DNA of 64,000 nt, taken from the NCBI GenBank assembly GCA_963701275.1, contig OY969582.1, positions 2,175,344 to 2,239,343 of the forward strand, written 5' to 3'. The position numbers and the translations under genes are program-made. The notes under the pieces are model-generated. The model was not told where the DNA came from, did no database searches, and saw nothing but the letters and a program-made list of their open reading frames with translations. Each line of letters begins with the position of its first letter. Positions within the stretch are counted from its first letter, which is position 1. This DNA comes from an uncultured Alphaproteobacteria bacterium (GTDB lineage: Bacteria > Pseudomonadota > Alphaproteobacteria > Rhizobiales > Beijerinckiaceae). Below are positions 33,674-43,650 of this stretch, one piece after another.

Positions 33674-34705
33674 CTACACATAATCCGGCTTGATAGAGAC
33701 CGGGCGCCCAAGCCACGAGGGCACCGGCAGATTCTTGGAGCGCAGGAATTCAGGATTGTAGAGCTTCGATAGGTAGCGCGCGCCGGAATTGGCAAGGATC
33801 GTGACGATCGTGTGGCCCGGCCCCAGCGCCTTGGCGAGGCGGATTGCCCCCGCGACATTGATCCCCGACGAGCCGCCGAGCAGCAGGCCTTCATGTTCGG
33901 CGAGATCGAACAGGACGGGAAGTGCCTCCTCGTCCGTAACCTGAAAGGCAAGGTCGATTGGCGCGCCTTCGAGATTAGCAGTGATCCGGCTTTGGCCTAT
34001 GCCCTCGGTGATCGAGGACCCTTCAGACTTCAATTCGCCGCGGGTGTAATATTCATAGAGAGCAGCCCCCATGGGGTCGGCGAGCGCGATCTTGATCTTC
34101 GGATTTTTTGCCTTCAGGGCCATGGCGACGCCGGCGAGCGTGCCGCCGGTGCCGACCGAGCAGACGAAGCCATCGACTTTGCCATGCGTATCGGCCCAGA
34201 TTTCCGGTCCGGTCGTATCGATATGGCCTTGCCGGTTGGCGACATTGTCGAATTGATTGGCCCAGATCGCGCCTTGCGGATGTTCGTGCGCAAGCTTTTC
34301 GGCAAGCCGGCCGGAGAGCTTCACGTAATTATTGGGGTCGGAATAGGCGACGGCCGGAACTTCGATCAGTTCGGCGCCTTGAAGGCGCAGCATGTCCTTC
34401 TTTTCCTGGCTCTGGGTATCGGGAATGACGATCACGGTCCGGTAGCCGAGCGCATTGGCGACAAGAGCAAGGCCGATGCCGGTATTGCCTGCGGTGCCCT
34501 CGACGATGATGCCACCGGGTTTCAATGACCCACGCGCCTCCGCATCGGCGACGATGGCGAGGGCCGCCCGGTCCTTGATCGAGCCGCCCGGATTCATGAA
34601 TTCCGCTTTGCCGTAAATGTCGCATCCGGTCGCCTTCGAGGGCTGCTGCAATTTGATCAGCGGCGTATTACCGATGGCTTCGATGACGGTGGCGGCGGAG
34701 GGCAT
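33674..34705 (-). CDS. cysK: Cysteine synthase
   Basis: IGNTPLI, NPGGSIKDR (PLP lysine), GTGGT, TEGIG. Confidence 0.9.
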   Translation of the reverse strand: MPSAATVIEAIGNTPLIKLQQPSKATGCDIYGKAEFMNPGGSIKDRAALAIVADAEARGSLKPGGIIVEGTAGNTGIGLALVANALGYRTVIVIPDTQSQEKKDMLRLQGAELIEVPAVAYSDPNNYVKLSGRLAEKLAHEHPQGAIWANQFDNVANRQGHIDTTGPEIWADTHGKVDGFVCSVGTGGTLAGVAMALKAKNPKIKIALADPMGAALYEYYTRGELKSEGSSITEGIGQSRITANLEGAPIDLAFQVTDEEALPVLFDLAEHEGLLLGGSSGINVAGAIRLAKALGPGHTIVTILANSGARYLSKLYNPEFLRSKNLPVPSWLGRPVSIKPDYV

Positions 34706-34807
34706 ATTTCGATTTCCCAGAGATGTTGGCGGCTATATAGAAGCGCGCGCTGCGGCCTGTCGAGCCGCGCGGACCATGCGATGGTGGTTTCGGCGAGCAG
34801 GCAGGTC

Positions 34808-35585
34808 ATGTATCGCGCAAATCCGAAGGATGGCATTGCTTTCGTGACGGGAGCCAGTTCTGGCATAGGCCGCGCGACTACGCTTGAGCTTGTCCGGCGG
34901 GGCTATCACGTCGCCGTCACGGCGCGTCGCGCGGACCAGTTGGCGGACCTTGCAGCGGCATCGCCAGGCAAATCTTCGCCTATCCCGGCGATGTGACGCA
35001 CCGCGCCGAGATGGCGGGGGTCGTTGCCAAAGTCGAAGGCATCGGCCCGATCGCGCTCGCTTTTCTCAACGCCGGGGTTTTTCTTGCTGCCGAACGGCAA
35101 GGGTTCGACGCGTCGGTCATCGCCAAGACCTACGCGGTCAATGTCGGTGGCACGGTGAACTGCCTCGAGCCAATGCTTGCCGCGATGACAATGCGCGGCC
35201 GCGGCCAGATCGCGATCAACGCCTCGCTCGCGGGCTATAATGGTCTGCCCGGCTCGCTTGCCTATGGCTCCTCGAAGGCGGCGCTGATCTACATGGCTGA
35301 GGCCTTGAAGCTCACCTATGAGAGCAGCGGGCTCACCATCCAGGTCGTCAGCCACGGCTTCGTGCGCACGCCGATGACCGACCAGGAGACGGACTTCAAC
35401 AGCCGCTTCTGATCGAGCCGGAAGAGGCGGCGCGGCTGATCTGCGACGGATTCGAGAGGGGCGGATTCGAAATCGCCTTCCCCTGGCGGCTCGCGGCGCT
35501 GACGAAAGGCATCCGCTACCTGCCTTATCCGTTGCTGTTCCGCCTCATGGCGCTGTCGCTGCGCAAGGCCAAGCGGCAGCATTGA
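34808..35585 (+). CDS. SDR-family oxidoreductase (frameshifted)
   Basis: TGASSGIG, LNAG, YGSSK. Confidence 0.88.
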
Positions 35586-35690
35586 GGCCGTTAGGTGAGC
35601 TCAAAGCGAGCTCCGATTTGCCAAGATGGACAGGAACCTTTCCGTTCCGGCTCCATCTAAGGCCCGATGAAACCACCCATAGGTGGCGCG

Positions 35691-36059
35691 ATGGCCGAAC
35701 TTGCTTGGAAATACGATTTTCCTGAGGAAGCCGACCTGCTGGAGCGGGCACGGGGCAGGGACCCTTATGCCATCAGGTTTATCATCCAGCGGCACAATCA
35801 GCGGCTTTACCGGATCGCCAGAAGCATCGTGCGGCATGACTTCGAAGCCGAAGATGTCCTGCAGGAAGCCTATTTCCGCGCCTTTTCCAATCTTGGCAGC
35901 TTTCGGGGCGAGGCGCGTATCGGCACTTGGCTGTCGCGCATTGTGGTCAACGAGGCGCTCGGGAGCCTGCGCCGCCGCGACGGCCGAGGTCGCGGCAGCG
36001 CTGGACCGCGCGGCACGGCGGCGCCTCGGCCCCGTGGCCGTCGGCGACTGCGCCATTGA
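35691..36059 (+). pseudogene. Truncated ECF sigma-70 factor (region 2 only)
   Basis: HNQRLYRIAR...AEDVLQEAY...FRGEA...TWLSRIVVNEAL; no region-4 HTH found downstream. Confidence 0.7.
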
Positions 36060-36284
36060 CGGGGGCTTTTCGGCGGCAGCTATGCCTGCGTCGGCAGGGT
36101 CGCATCCGTCATCCCGGTCGATCTCCACACCCGAGGCTGTCCCCCGCGTCCAGAGGCGCTTCTCAAGGATTTCTCGCTCTACTTTCGTGAGCGCGAAACC
36201 AGAACAGGGTCTGCGCTCCTAAGACCTCGAAATAAAGTTGGAGCGCATTAAAATACGGCTTCAGAGATCGATGTGGACCGGACT

Positions 36285-37238
36285 ATGAAGGCGCCCCTTC
36301 TCTTCGCCTTGGAACCGAGTCGCGTCTATGGTGCGAAAGTCGCCCGGGCGCTCGGCCTAGCGCTTGCCGAGCACGAAGAACGTACATTCGAGGACGGCGA
36401 GCGGAAGTTGCGGCCTCTCGCCGAACCTGCAGGACGCACTGTCTATGTCCTGCAATCACTTTTTGATGAGCCATCTCACAATCTGCACAGCAAGCTCTGC
36501 GATCTGCTGTTCATGATCGGTGCACTCAAGGACGCGGGCGCCGCGCGCGTCACCGCAATCGCTCCATATCTTTGCTACGCGAGACAGGACCAGCGCACGA
36601 GAGCGAACGATCCGTTGTCGCTGCGTTACCTGGCGCAGCTCTTCGAGTTGGCAGGAACGGATGCAATTCTCGCGCTCGATGTGCACAACGCTGCAGCTTT
36701 CGAGAATGCCTTCCACATGCCGACCCACAACATCGAGGCGGCACCGCTCTTCGCGGCGCATTTTTCCGCCGCTCTCGCGGGAGAGGAGATTGAGATCATA
36801 TCGCCGGATATCGGAGGCATGAAGCGCGCCGAGCGCTTTCGCGACGCTCTGAAAGAGCGCGTGCATCGGGACGTTCCGGCCGCGGCGATCAGCAAGAAAA
36901 GAATTGATCACATTAGCGAGGCAGAAGAAATCCCGGCCGGTGTGCTCGGCCGCACTGCCATCATTTTTGACGACATGATCGCCACGGGATCGAGCATGCT
37001 TCGCGCGGCAAAAGCGTGCCGGAGAGGTGGAGCGAAAAGGATCTTTGCTGCGGCCACGCACGGTCTGTTTCTTCCCGGCTCGCAAGATCTAGTTGCAAGC
37101 GATACGTTGGATGGCGTGGTCGTGGCGGATACTGCTCCGCCGTTCCGTCTCGGTCCGCAGCTTGCGGCGGGGAAAGTCACGGTTCTCGATACTACGGCGC
37201 TTCTGGCAAATGTCATATCAAGGGGAATCGAGATCTAA
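36285..37238 (+). CDS. Ribose-phosphate pyrophosphokinase-like protein
   Basis: FEDGE, PYLCYARQD, SPDIGGMKRAE, IFDDMIATG, ATHGLF. Confidence 0.9.
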   Translation: MKAPLLFALEPSRVYGAKVARALGLALAEHEERTFEDGERKLRPLAEPAGRTVYVLQSLFDEPSHNLHSKLCDLLFMIGALKDAGAARVTAIAPYLCYARQDQRTRANDPLSLRYLAQLFELAGTDAILALDVHNAAAFENAFHMPTHNIEAAPLFAAHFSAALAGEEIEIISPDIGGMKRAERFRDALKERVHRDVPAAAISKKRIDHISEAEEIPAGVLGRTAIIFDDMIATGSSMLRAAKACRRGGAKRIFAAATHGLFLPGSQDLVASDTLDGVVVADTAPPFRLGPQLAAGKVTVLDTTALLANVISRGIEI

Positions 37239-37345
37239 GGTCGCTTGAGTTGGCGACTTCGCGTAGCCATTATGATTCCGCCTAAGTTCGCGACCGTGAG
37301 CCAGGTCAGGCAAACGATCGGTCACGTAGCCGTACATGGCCCCCT

Positions 37346-38220
37346 CTATCCTTTGATGCAGATGAGCGGCCGCAAACGCGCCACTCTTCGCGCAAGCCCG
37401 GCACGTTCAGCGGCTGCCACGACGGCGCCCACGTCCTTGTAGGCGCCGGGCGCCTCTTCGGCGATGCCGCGCATCGAGGGGCTCCGGATCACTATGCCTT
37501 GTGTTGCAAGATCATCGACGATTTTGCGCCCGCTCCATTGCTTCAGCGCAGCGTGACGCGAGAGCGCACGGCCGGCGCCGTGACAGGCCGACGAGAATGC
37601 CTTTGCCTGGCCACTCTTCGTACCGACGAGAATGTGTGAGCCCGTCCCCATGCTGCCGCCGATGAACACTGGCTGACCGACAGGACGCAGCTCCGCAGGC
37701 AGGCTCTCGTGACCAGGACCAAAGGCTCGGGTCGCACCTTTGCGATGCACGAATAACTCGCGCCGCTTACCTTCTACCAGGTGCGGTTCGACTTTGCAGG
37801 TGTTGTGGGAAACGTCGAAGAGAAGACGCAGATCACAATTTGGAAAGTGGTGCACGAAAATGCGGCGGGCATAATGACCGAGAATCTCGCGATTTGCCAG
37901 CGCGCAATTGATCGCCGCCCGCATCGCGCCGAGATAGCGTCGGCCGATCTCTGAATTGATCGGCGCGCACGCCAGCTCACGATCGGGAAGCTTGATGCCC
38001 GATTCTTCCGCGGAGACGACCATCTCCTTTAGGAACTCGGTACCGATCTGATGGCCGAGTCCACGCGAGCCGCAATGAATAGTGGCAACGACATGATCGC
38101 GAGCCAACCCGAATACATCCGCAGCCGCGGCATCAAAGATTTCGGCAACCGCCTGGATCTCAAGATAATGGTTGCCGGAGCCAAGCGTGCCCATCTCCCG
38201 GCGCTGACGCTCCTTGGCGC
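37346..38220 (-). pseudogene. rtcB: RtcB RNA ligase, C-terminal part only
   Basis: GTLGSGNHYLE, HCGSRG, VSHN, HRKGAT, HGAGR, EEAPGAYK, PLICIKG; N-terminal part absent. Confidence 0.9.
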
Positions 38221-38502
38221 GATCTTAAAGCGACCGAACAACATATCTCGAACTGCCATCTCATAGATGACGGCGTTGAGCCATTCGACGAACAGGAGCT
38301 CGAGGTCGGGTGCCTCGCATGTTACCTGGATCGAAATCTGAGGTTGAACCTCAGCATGTGTGACAACGGCGGTCAGCGCGCAAGCGGCTTGTTCGAACGC
38401 TTCCGCGGTAGTCGCTCCCCATCCGCGCACTCCGACATCTGCATCATGCGGGAAGTTCTCCCACCGTGCGTAACCCTCTTTAGGCGAAGTCGCATAGTCC
38501 AT
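38221..38502 (-). pseudogene. Archease, N-terminal part, fused out of frame to the RtcB fragment
   Basis: WENFPHDADVGVRG...EAFEQAA...LELLFVEWLNAVIYEM; C-terminal KGATY-type motif missing. Confidence 0.88.
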
Positions 38503-38594
38503 GAATCATTTCCTGCCAAGCAGTCCGGGCCTACGGCGGCACGCCTGAAATTGATCCCAGAAGGCCACTAGAAACCAACCGTCTGAGCCGGGAT

Positions 38595-38608
38595 TTGATT
38601 TCGCTCAA
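38595..38608. promoter_or_regulatory. FNR/FixK box in the divergent archease / DUF2267 intergenic region
   Basis: TTGA-TTTCGC-TCAA, a full match to TTGA-N6-TCAA. Confidence 0.65.
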
Positions 38609-38661
38609 AATCGTAACCCTAATTCGTGTCAGCATATCGCAAAATCTGGAGGTACTTCGTC

Positions 38662-39078
38662 ATGGCATCCCTGCAAGACCTTAGCGCAGCCTTCCGCGCG
38701 ACCGAAGAGTGGATCGACGATGTCATGCGGCGGCTCGGCTGGCACGATCGCGAGCGAGTCTATCTGGCTATGATTGCGACATTGCATGCCTTCCGTGACT
38801 GTCTGCCGCGAGACGAAGCGATCCATGTCGGCGCACAACTGCCAACCTTGCTGCGGGGCCTTTATTACGAGGGCTGGCATCCCGGCGCACATCCGATGAG
38901 AAGTCGGAGCGCATTTCTGGAACGCGTTCACGACGGCGTTCATCGCGACCCGGGCGTCGATGCGGAAAAGGCCGCGCGTGGGGTATTTGCTGTACTTGCC
39001 GCGCGCTTGCCCGCCGCGGAACTGGAGGACGCCAAGGCCGTCACGCCAAAGGTGTTACATAATCTTTGGCCAAGCTGA
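38662..39078 (+). CDS. DUF2267 family protein
   Basis: GGAGG RBS; LHAFRDCLP..EA.H.GAQLP.LLRGLYYEGW. Confidence 0.88.
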   Translation: MASLQDLSAAFRATEEWIDDVMRRLGWHDRERVYLAMIATLHAFRDCLPRDEAIHVGAQLPTLLRGLYYEGWHPGAHPMRSRSAFLERVHDGVHRDPGVDAEKAARGVFAVLAARLPAAELEDAKAVTPKVLHNLWPS

Positions 39079-39083
39079 GGCAG

Positions 39084-40253
39084 ATGCTTATGAGCCTCGC
39101 CGCGAAACCGCATGTTGCTCATCCTGCGAACCAATCGATCCGGCTGTTCCTGTGTGGCGACGTTATGACCGGCCGCGGTATCGATCAAATATTGCCGCAT
39201 CCGTGCAACCCGGTTCTCCATGAGAGGTGGACGCGTTCTGCGATCGAGTACGTGCGTCTCGCCGAGGAGGCAAATGGCCCGATTCCGCGGCATGCCGATC
39301 CTTCATATGTCTGGGGCGAAGCCCTCGACGAGCTTAACCGGATGCAACCAGATGCTCGCATCATCAATCTCGAAACGAGCATTACACTCAGCGAGCTCTA
39401 CGTTCCGAAAGGCATCCATTACCGCATGAGCCCTGACAACACGGATTGCCTGAAAGTCGCGCAAATAGACTGCTGCGTGCTTGCCAACAATCATATTCTC
39501 GATTGGCAGCATGCCGGTCTGCTCGAGACTCTGGCGACGCTAAAACGATGTGGGATCAGGGCTGTAGGTGCCGGCCGAGATCTTGATCAAGCCGCCGCGC
39601 CAGCAGTGTTGGACATTGCCGGCAAGGGCCGGGTGCTGGTCTTTTCGTTCGCTTCCTGGACGAGCGGCACTCATCGCAATTGGGCAGCAACGCAAAACAC
39701 CGCAGGCGTGAATTTCCTGACTGAATTTTCCGATGCAAGCGTCGGACACATTTCGGAGCAAATTGCGCACGCGCGACGGCCGAATGATATCGTCGTTGTT
39801 TCAATCCATTGGGGGTCGAATTGGGGCTACGAAATTCCAGACGAGCAACGAGATTTTGCACACATGCTCATCGAAAGGGCCGGAGTTTCTGTTATTCACG
39901 GTCATTCGTCGCACCATGCGAAATCCATCGAAGTCTATCGCGACCGGCTCATTCTCTACGGCTGCGGCGATTTCCTGAATGATTACGAAGGCGTCAAAGG
40001 CTACGAGGAATATCGAGACGATCTGGCCCTGATGTACTTCGCTGATGTCGATGCGCCAAGCGGCAATCTTGTTGCGCTTGAAATGGTCCCTCTCCAGATT
40101 TGGCAATTTCGACTGATCCGCCCCTCACAGGATGATATCGCTTGGTTGCAAATGACGTTAGATCGGGAAAGTCAGAGATTTTGGACGCGGATTGAACTAG
40201 CACCGGGCGCTCATTTCGCTCTCTCCTGGTCGCCAGCCAATTCGCATGGCTGA
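39084..40253 (+). CDS. CapA/PGA_cap family metallophosphatase-fold protein
   Basis: CGDVMTGRG, INLET, LANNH, SIHWG, HGHSSHH, YGCGDF. Confidence 0.92.
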   Translation: MLMSLAAKPHVAHPANQSIRLFLCGDVMTGRGIDQILPHPCNPVLHERWTRSAIEYVRLAEEANGPIPRHADPSYVWGEALDELNRMQPDARIINLETSITLSELYVPKGIHYRMSPDNTDCLKVAQIDCCVLANNHILDWQHAGLLETLATLKRCGIRAVGAGRDLDQAAAPAVLDIAGKGRVLVFSFASWTSGTHRNWAATQNTAGVNFLTEFSDASVGHISEQIAHARRPNDIVVVSIHWGSNWGYEIPDEQRDFAHMLIERAGVSVIHGHSSHHAKSIEVYRDRLILYGCGDFLNDYEGVKGYEEYRDDLALMYFADVDAPSGNLVALEMVPLQIWQFRLIRPSQDDIAWLQMTLDRESQRFWTRIELAPGAHFALSWSPANSHG

Positions 40254-40329
40254 ACAAGAACCTGCGAAGGTCAGGACACCTTCCTGAGTATGGTCGGGGG
40301 GAAGTGACCCGAACCCTGCGAGGCCGGCA

Positions 40330-40620
40330 TGAGGCACTTCCTCGCGAGGGTCAGACCACGCTCATTCACCCTTGACGTGGCGCAGAATCGTTGCCAGCGC
40401 GAGATCGACCGGCGCCAGAACGCCGATAAATTCTATCTGGAAGAAGGCATGCAGCTTCGTGGCGCGGAACGCCCAGCAGCTGTTTGCGAGGAACAGCGCG
40501 GCGCCTGCTAAATCTGCTCTATCGAACTGTACCTGGGAGGATGGTGACGTGGTTGCCACGTTCTGCCGACCCTCAGACATGCTTGTGGAAACCGTGGTCG
40601 GCCGCCAGAAACGAAAATAC
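40330..40620 (+). pseudogene. Degraded C-terminal remnant of a large serine recombinase
   Basis: Across frames: YLEEGMQL..ARNAQQLFA..RRLLNLL.SNCTWEDGDVVATF..P.DML; abuts the tRNA-Asn 3' end. Confidence 0.6.
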
Positions 40621-40654
40621 GGCTGGAATCGGTTCCAGCCGTATTTCTGAAGAA

Positions 40655-40730
40655 TGGCTCCCTGAGCAGGACTCGAACCTGCGACCGATCGATTAACAGT
40701 CGATTGCTCTACCAGCTGAGCTATCAGGGA
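40655..40730 (-). tRNA. tRNA-Asn (GTT)
   Basis: 76-nt cloverleaf TCCCTGA...TCAGGGAGCCA; anticodon loop CTGTTAA. Confidence 0.97.
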
Positions 40731-40883
40731 TCATGGAGTAAGCCGCATATAGCAAGCCGGGGTTGGCTTTGCAAAGATCGAATGTACCGGCGTTTTCAGC
40801 CTTTTTGCGAAGCATTTCTTGCGGGACGTGCGTATCCTTTGCTATAGGCCACGGCGCGGCGGGCTAGCAAGTCCGGCCGTCAC

Positions 40884-40957
40884 GGCCTCGTGGCGGAGTG
40901 GTTACGCAGAGGACTGCAAATCCTTGCACCCCGGTTCGATTCCGGGCGAGGCCTCCA
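40884..40957 (+). tRNA. tRNA-Cys (GCA)
   Basis: 74-nt GGCCTCG...CGAGGCCTCCA; anticodon loop CTGCAAA. Confidence 0.97.
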
Positions 40958-41069
40958 TAAAATCAGTAGGTTAGAGACACGTGCGAAAGCCGGCCAGAAA
41001 ACAGTCAGCGTACCGTCAGTAAAGACTGACGGTCTTGGGGGCGCTCAGAAAAGGGCCACGAATATCCCA

Positions 41070-41230
41070 AGCTATGACGAAATTCTCAGCAAAACATACA
41101 AGCCAGGAGATGAAGTCGAAGCCTCGGGAGTGTACCGGGTAGCTCACGATTCAAATCACGCCTCCGCGCATGACGTGACAGTAGTCTACGGTAGAAAATT
41201 TCCGCCTTGCAATCATTGCGGCTCACACGC
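41070..41230 (+). pseudogene. YjzC-like small metal-binding protein remnant (boundaries approximate)
   Basis: YKPGDEVEASGVYRV.H...H...FPPCNHC; no clear start codon. Confidence 0.45.
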
Positions 41231-41272
41231 GCCGTGGCGCCGAGCACGCGCAGCAATCTCGCCGGGCAAGAT

Positions 41273-41286
41273 TTGATTTTCGTCAA
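41273..41286. promoter_or_regulatory. FNR/FixK box upstream of the hypothetical-hdeD cluster
   Basis: TTGA-TTTTCG-TCAA, about 70 bp before ATG 41358. Confidence 0.65.
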
Positions 41287-41357
41287 TGCGCGCGCGCCCT
41301 CATTCTCTCATGCTGGCGCTGTTTCAGGAATCCGCATTCTTTTGATGAAGGAAGTTC

Positions 41358-41792
41358 ATGATCAAACCACTCTCTGAACAACTTGCTGAACTATCGGTTC
41401 GCTCGAAGAAAGCGGAAGATGCGGCTACTGCTGCGGAAAAGGAAGCGCGTGATAAGATTGCTACGCGCCAGCAGCAAGCGTGTGCTGCAGCAAAACAGGC
41501 TGTCGAAAAGGTTGATCAGAAAGTCAAGTCCGCAGGCGATTCTGCCGCCAGAGACTTGAGTACGGTAAAAGCGAAAATTTCCGCCGATTTAAATGCCTTG
41601 AAGGCGGAGGTTTCTCATGCGGCGCATGAGCTGGACGTGAAGCACGCGGAAAGGCGCGCCGATCGGCTGCAGTGGCAGGCGGATTTCGCGATCGACTATG
41701 CCGTAGCTTCCGTCGAACAAGCAGGGTTGGCTGCTCTGGATGCCATCCTCGGCCGCGCTGAAGCGGAACTGGCTAAACAAGCGAAACCATAA
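41358..41792 (+). CDS. Conserved helical hypothetical protein
   Basis: 144-aa Ala/Lys-rich ORF with AAGGAAG RBS. Confidence 0.8.
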   Translation: MIKPLSEQLAELSVRSKKAEDAATAAEKEARDKIATRQQQACAAAKQAVEKVDQKVKSAGDSAARDLSTVKAKISADLNALKAEVSHAAHELDVKHAERRADRLQWQADFAIDYAVASVEQAGLAALDAILGRAEAELAKQAKP

Positions 41793-41860
41793 GACATCGA
41801 CAGGCTTCACCGATAACTGTCGCCTCCGCTTGCCAGTGGTCTCACGCCAGGGAGAACACA

Positions 41861-42445
41861 ATGACCAGCACAAATGCTCAAATCGTCATTGGACCTTGGT
41901 TGCTTTCTGCGCTCGCAGAAAACTGGTGGCTGCTACTGCTGCGAGGCCTCGCCGCAATTGCCTTTGGCGTTCTGGCTTTCTTCTGGCCCGGCCTCACTCT
42001 TCTGACTCTCACTTTGCTTTGGGGTATCTATGTGCTCTGCGACGGGGCGCTGGCGCTATGGGCGGCGATATCCGGCAAGATCAGCGAGATGGCGCCGCGC
42101 TGGTGGCTGGCCGTGGTGGGCATCGTCAGTATTGCAGCCGGCATAGAGGCTTTCGTCTGGACCGGCATGACTGCTCTGGTGCTGCTGATGTTCATTGCCG
42201 CTTGGGCCGTCATTATCGGGTTCCTGCAGATCTGGGGCGCGATCCAGTTGCACAAGGAAGCGGAAGGCGAGTGGCTGCTTGCTCTGAACGGCGTGCTTTC
42301 GGTCGCTTTCGGCGTTATCTGTTTTGCCCGGCCCGGCGCAGGGGCGCTGGCATTGATCTGGATGATCGCTTGGTTCGCGATCCTGATAGGTTGCCTATAT
42401 ATCGCGATTGCGTTTCGGTTGAAGAAATATAAGCAGCCGGCCTGA
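41861..42445 (+). CDS. HdeD/DUF308 family membrane protein
   Basis: NWWLLLLRG..AIAFG...WPG; two DUF308-like halves. Confidence 0.88.
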   Translation: MTSTNAQIVIGPWLLSALAENWWLLLLRGLAAIAFGVLAFFWPGLTLLTLTLLWGIYVLCDGALALWAAISGKISEMAPRWWLAVVGIVSIAAGIEAFVWTGMTALVLLMFIAAWAVIIGFLQIWGAIQLHKEAEGEWLLALNGVLSVAFGVICFARPGAGALALIWMIAWFAILIGCLYIAIAFRLKKYKQPA

Positions 42446-42556
42446 TCCCGGTTTCCATTGCGGCTCGCTGGACCGGACCTGCCTGATACATCAATTCGTT
42501 CCAGATTGTGCGGCAAGTACTAGACGCGATTTTCTTGGAACGCAGGAGACAGGACC

Positions 42557-43270
42557 ATGACGGGTTATGTCCAAACCCTCCAAGTCCAAATCCCGCATGA
42601 GATCGTCCACTTCTGGGGATGGTTTCTCGTGTTAGGGATTGCGTTGCTGCTTCTGGGTGCTGCCGCGGTTGCCAGGTCCGTCGCTGCGACGGTCGCCACG
42701 ATGTTGTTCTTCGGCTGGCTCCTCGTGATGGCTTCGGCAGTCGAAATTGCTCAGGCTGTTTTGGTCGGGCATTGGGCAGGCTTTTTCTATCATTTGCTCG
42801 CTGCGATCCTTTTTGGAATTGCCGGCCTCATGCTTGTCACGCGGCCGCTGATCAGCGCTGAGGCGCTGACCATCTTGATCGCAATGCTCTTCCTGATCGG
42901 CGGAATATTTCAATTGGTCACTTCGGTCGCAGTCGCGCTTCCGGGCTGGGGTTGGCAGGCGGCTGACGGAATTATCACTTTTGTGCTGGGCGTGCTTGTG
43001 CTTGCACGATGGCCGGCTTCGGGCCTTTGGGTGATCGGCCTCTTTGTCGGTATTGATCTGATTTTCTACGGCTGCGCATGGATCGCGCTAGCGCTGAGCT
43101 TGCGAGCGAGTCTGAACTGTTCTGCAGAGCCGCTTACAGGGGGCCGGGCGTTTCGTGTGCACGCAATGCGGCGCCAGGACCGTGAGCATCATGCCGGACT
43201 GGCGCACGCATCGGGCGATCGGGATGGGACGATTAGGATAGGGCGACCCTGCGAGGGCGATCCATTATGA
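42557..43270 (+). CDS. Second HdeD/DUF308 family membrane protein (C-terminal tail probably read-through)
   Basis: WGWFLVLG, WPASGLWVIGLFVGIDLIF.G. Confidence 0.85.
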   Translation: MTGYVQTLQVQIPHEIVHFWGWFLVLGIALLLLGAAAVARSVAATVATMLFFGWLLVMASAVEIAQAVLVGHWAGFFYHLLAAILFGIAGLMLVTRPLISAEALTILIAMLFLIGGIFQLVTSVAVALPGWGWQAADGIITFVLGVLVLARWPASGLWVIGLFVGIDLIFYGCAWIALALSLRASLNCSAEPLTGGRAFRVHAMRRQDREHHAGLAHASGDRDGTIRIGRPCEGDPL

Positions 43271-43650
43271 AGCCCGCTTCCAAGGCAATCGTCGCGGCGG
43301 TGTCGCCAAAGTCCTGGTCGAAGACGGCGATAGCGTCACGAGCGGCGAAACGCTTGTCGAGCTGGTGAAACCGGACTGGCTACCTCCGGCCCATGCCGGA
43401 CACCGCCGCAATCAAGGCGAACGCCAACGGCATTGTCATCTTACAAAGGCCGATCTCGACCGGCATGCCGGATTCGGCGCACGCGCCGGCTTTGCTCGGA
43501 ATCATCCGCGACGGCGAATTCGAACTTCTTGTCGATGTTCCACCGGGCGTGTTGGGAAGAACCAAGATCGGTCAAAGTGTTGAGATCGAAACTTTAGACA
43601 GTGCTGATATTGCCGGCCCCGCGTCGTCGTCAGCGACATGGACTTCTTGA
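43270..43650 (+). pseudogene. Degraded HlyD/RND adaptor-like remnant
   Basis: IKANANGIV...LLGIIRDGEFELLVDVP...KIGQSVEI resembles an MFP lipoyl/beta-barrel segment. Confidence 0.45.

Noticed and set aside
39084-40253. Poly-gamma-glutamate capsule locus
   Set aside because: Only a CapA-family gene is present; no capB or capC in the window.
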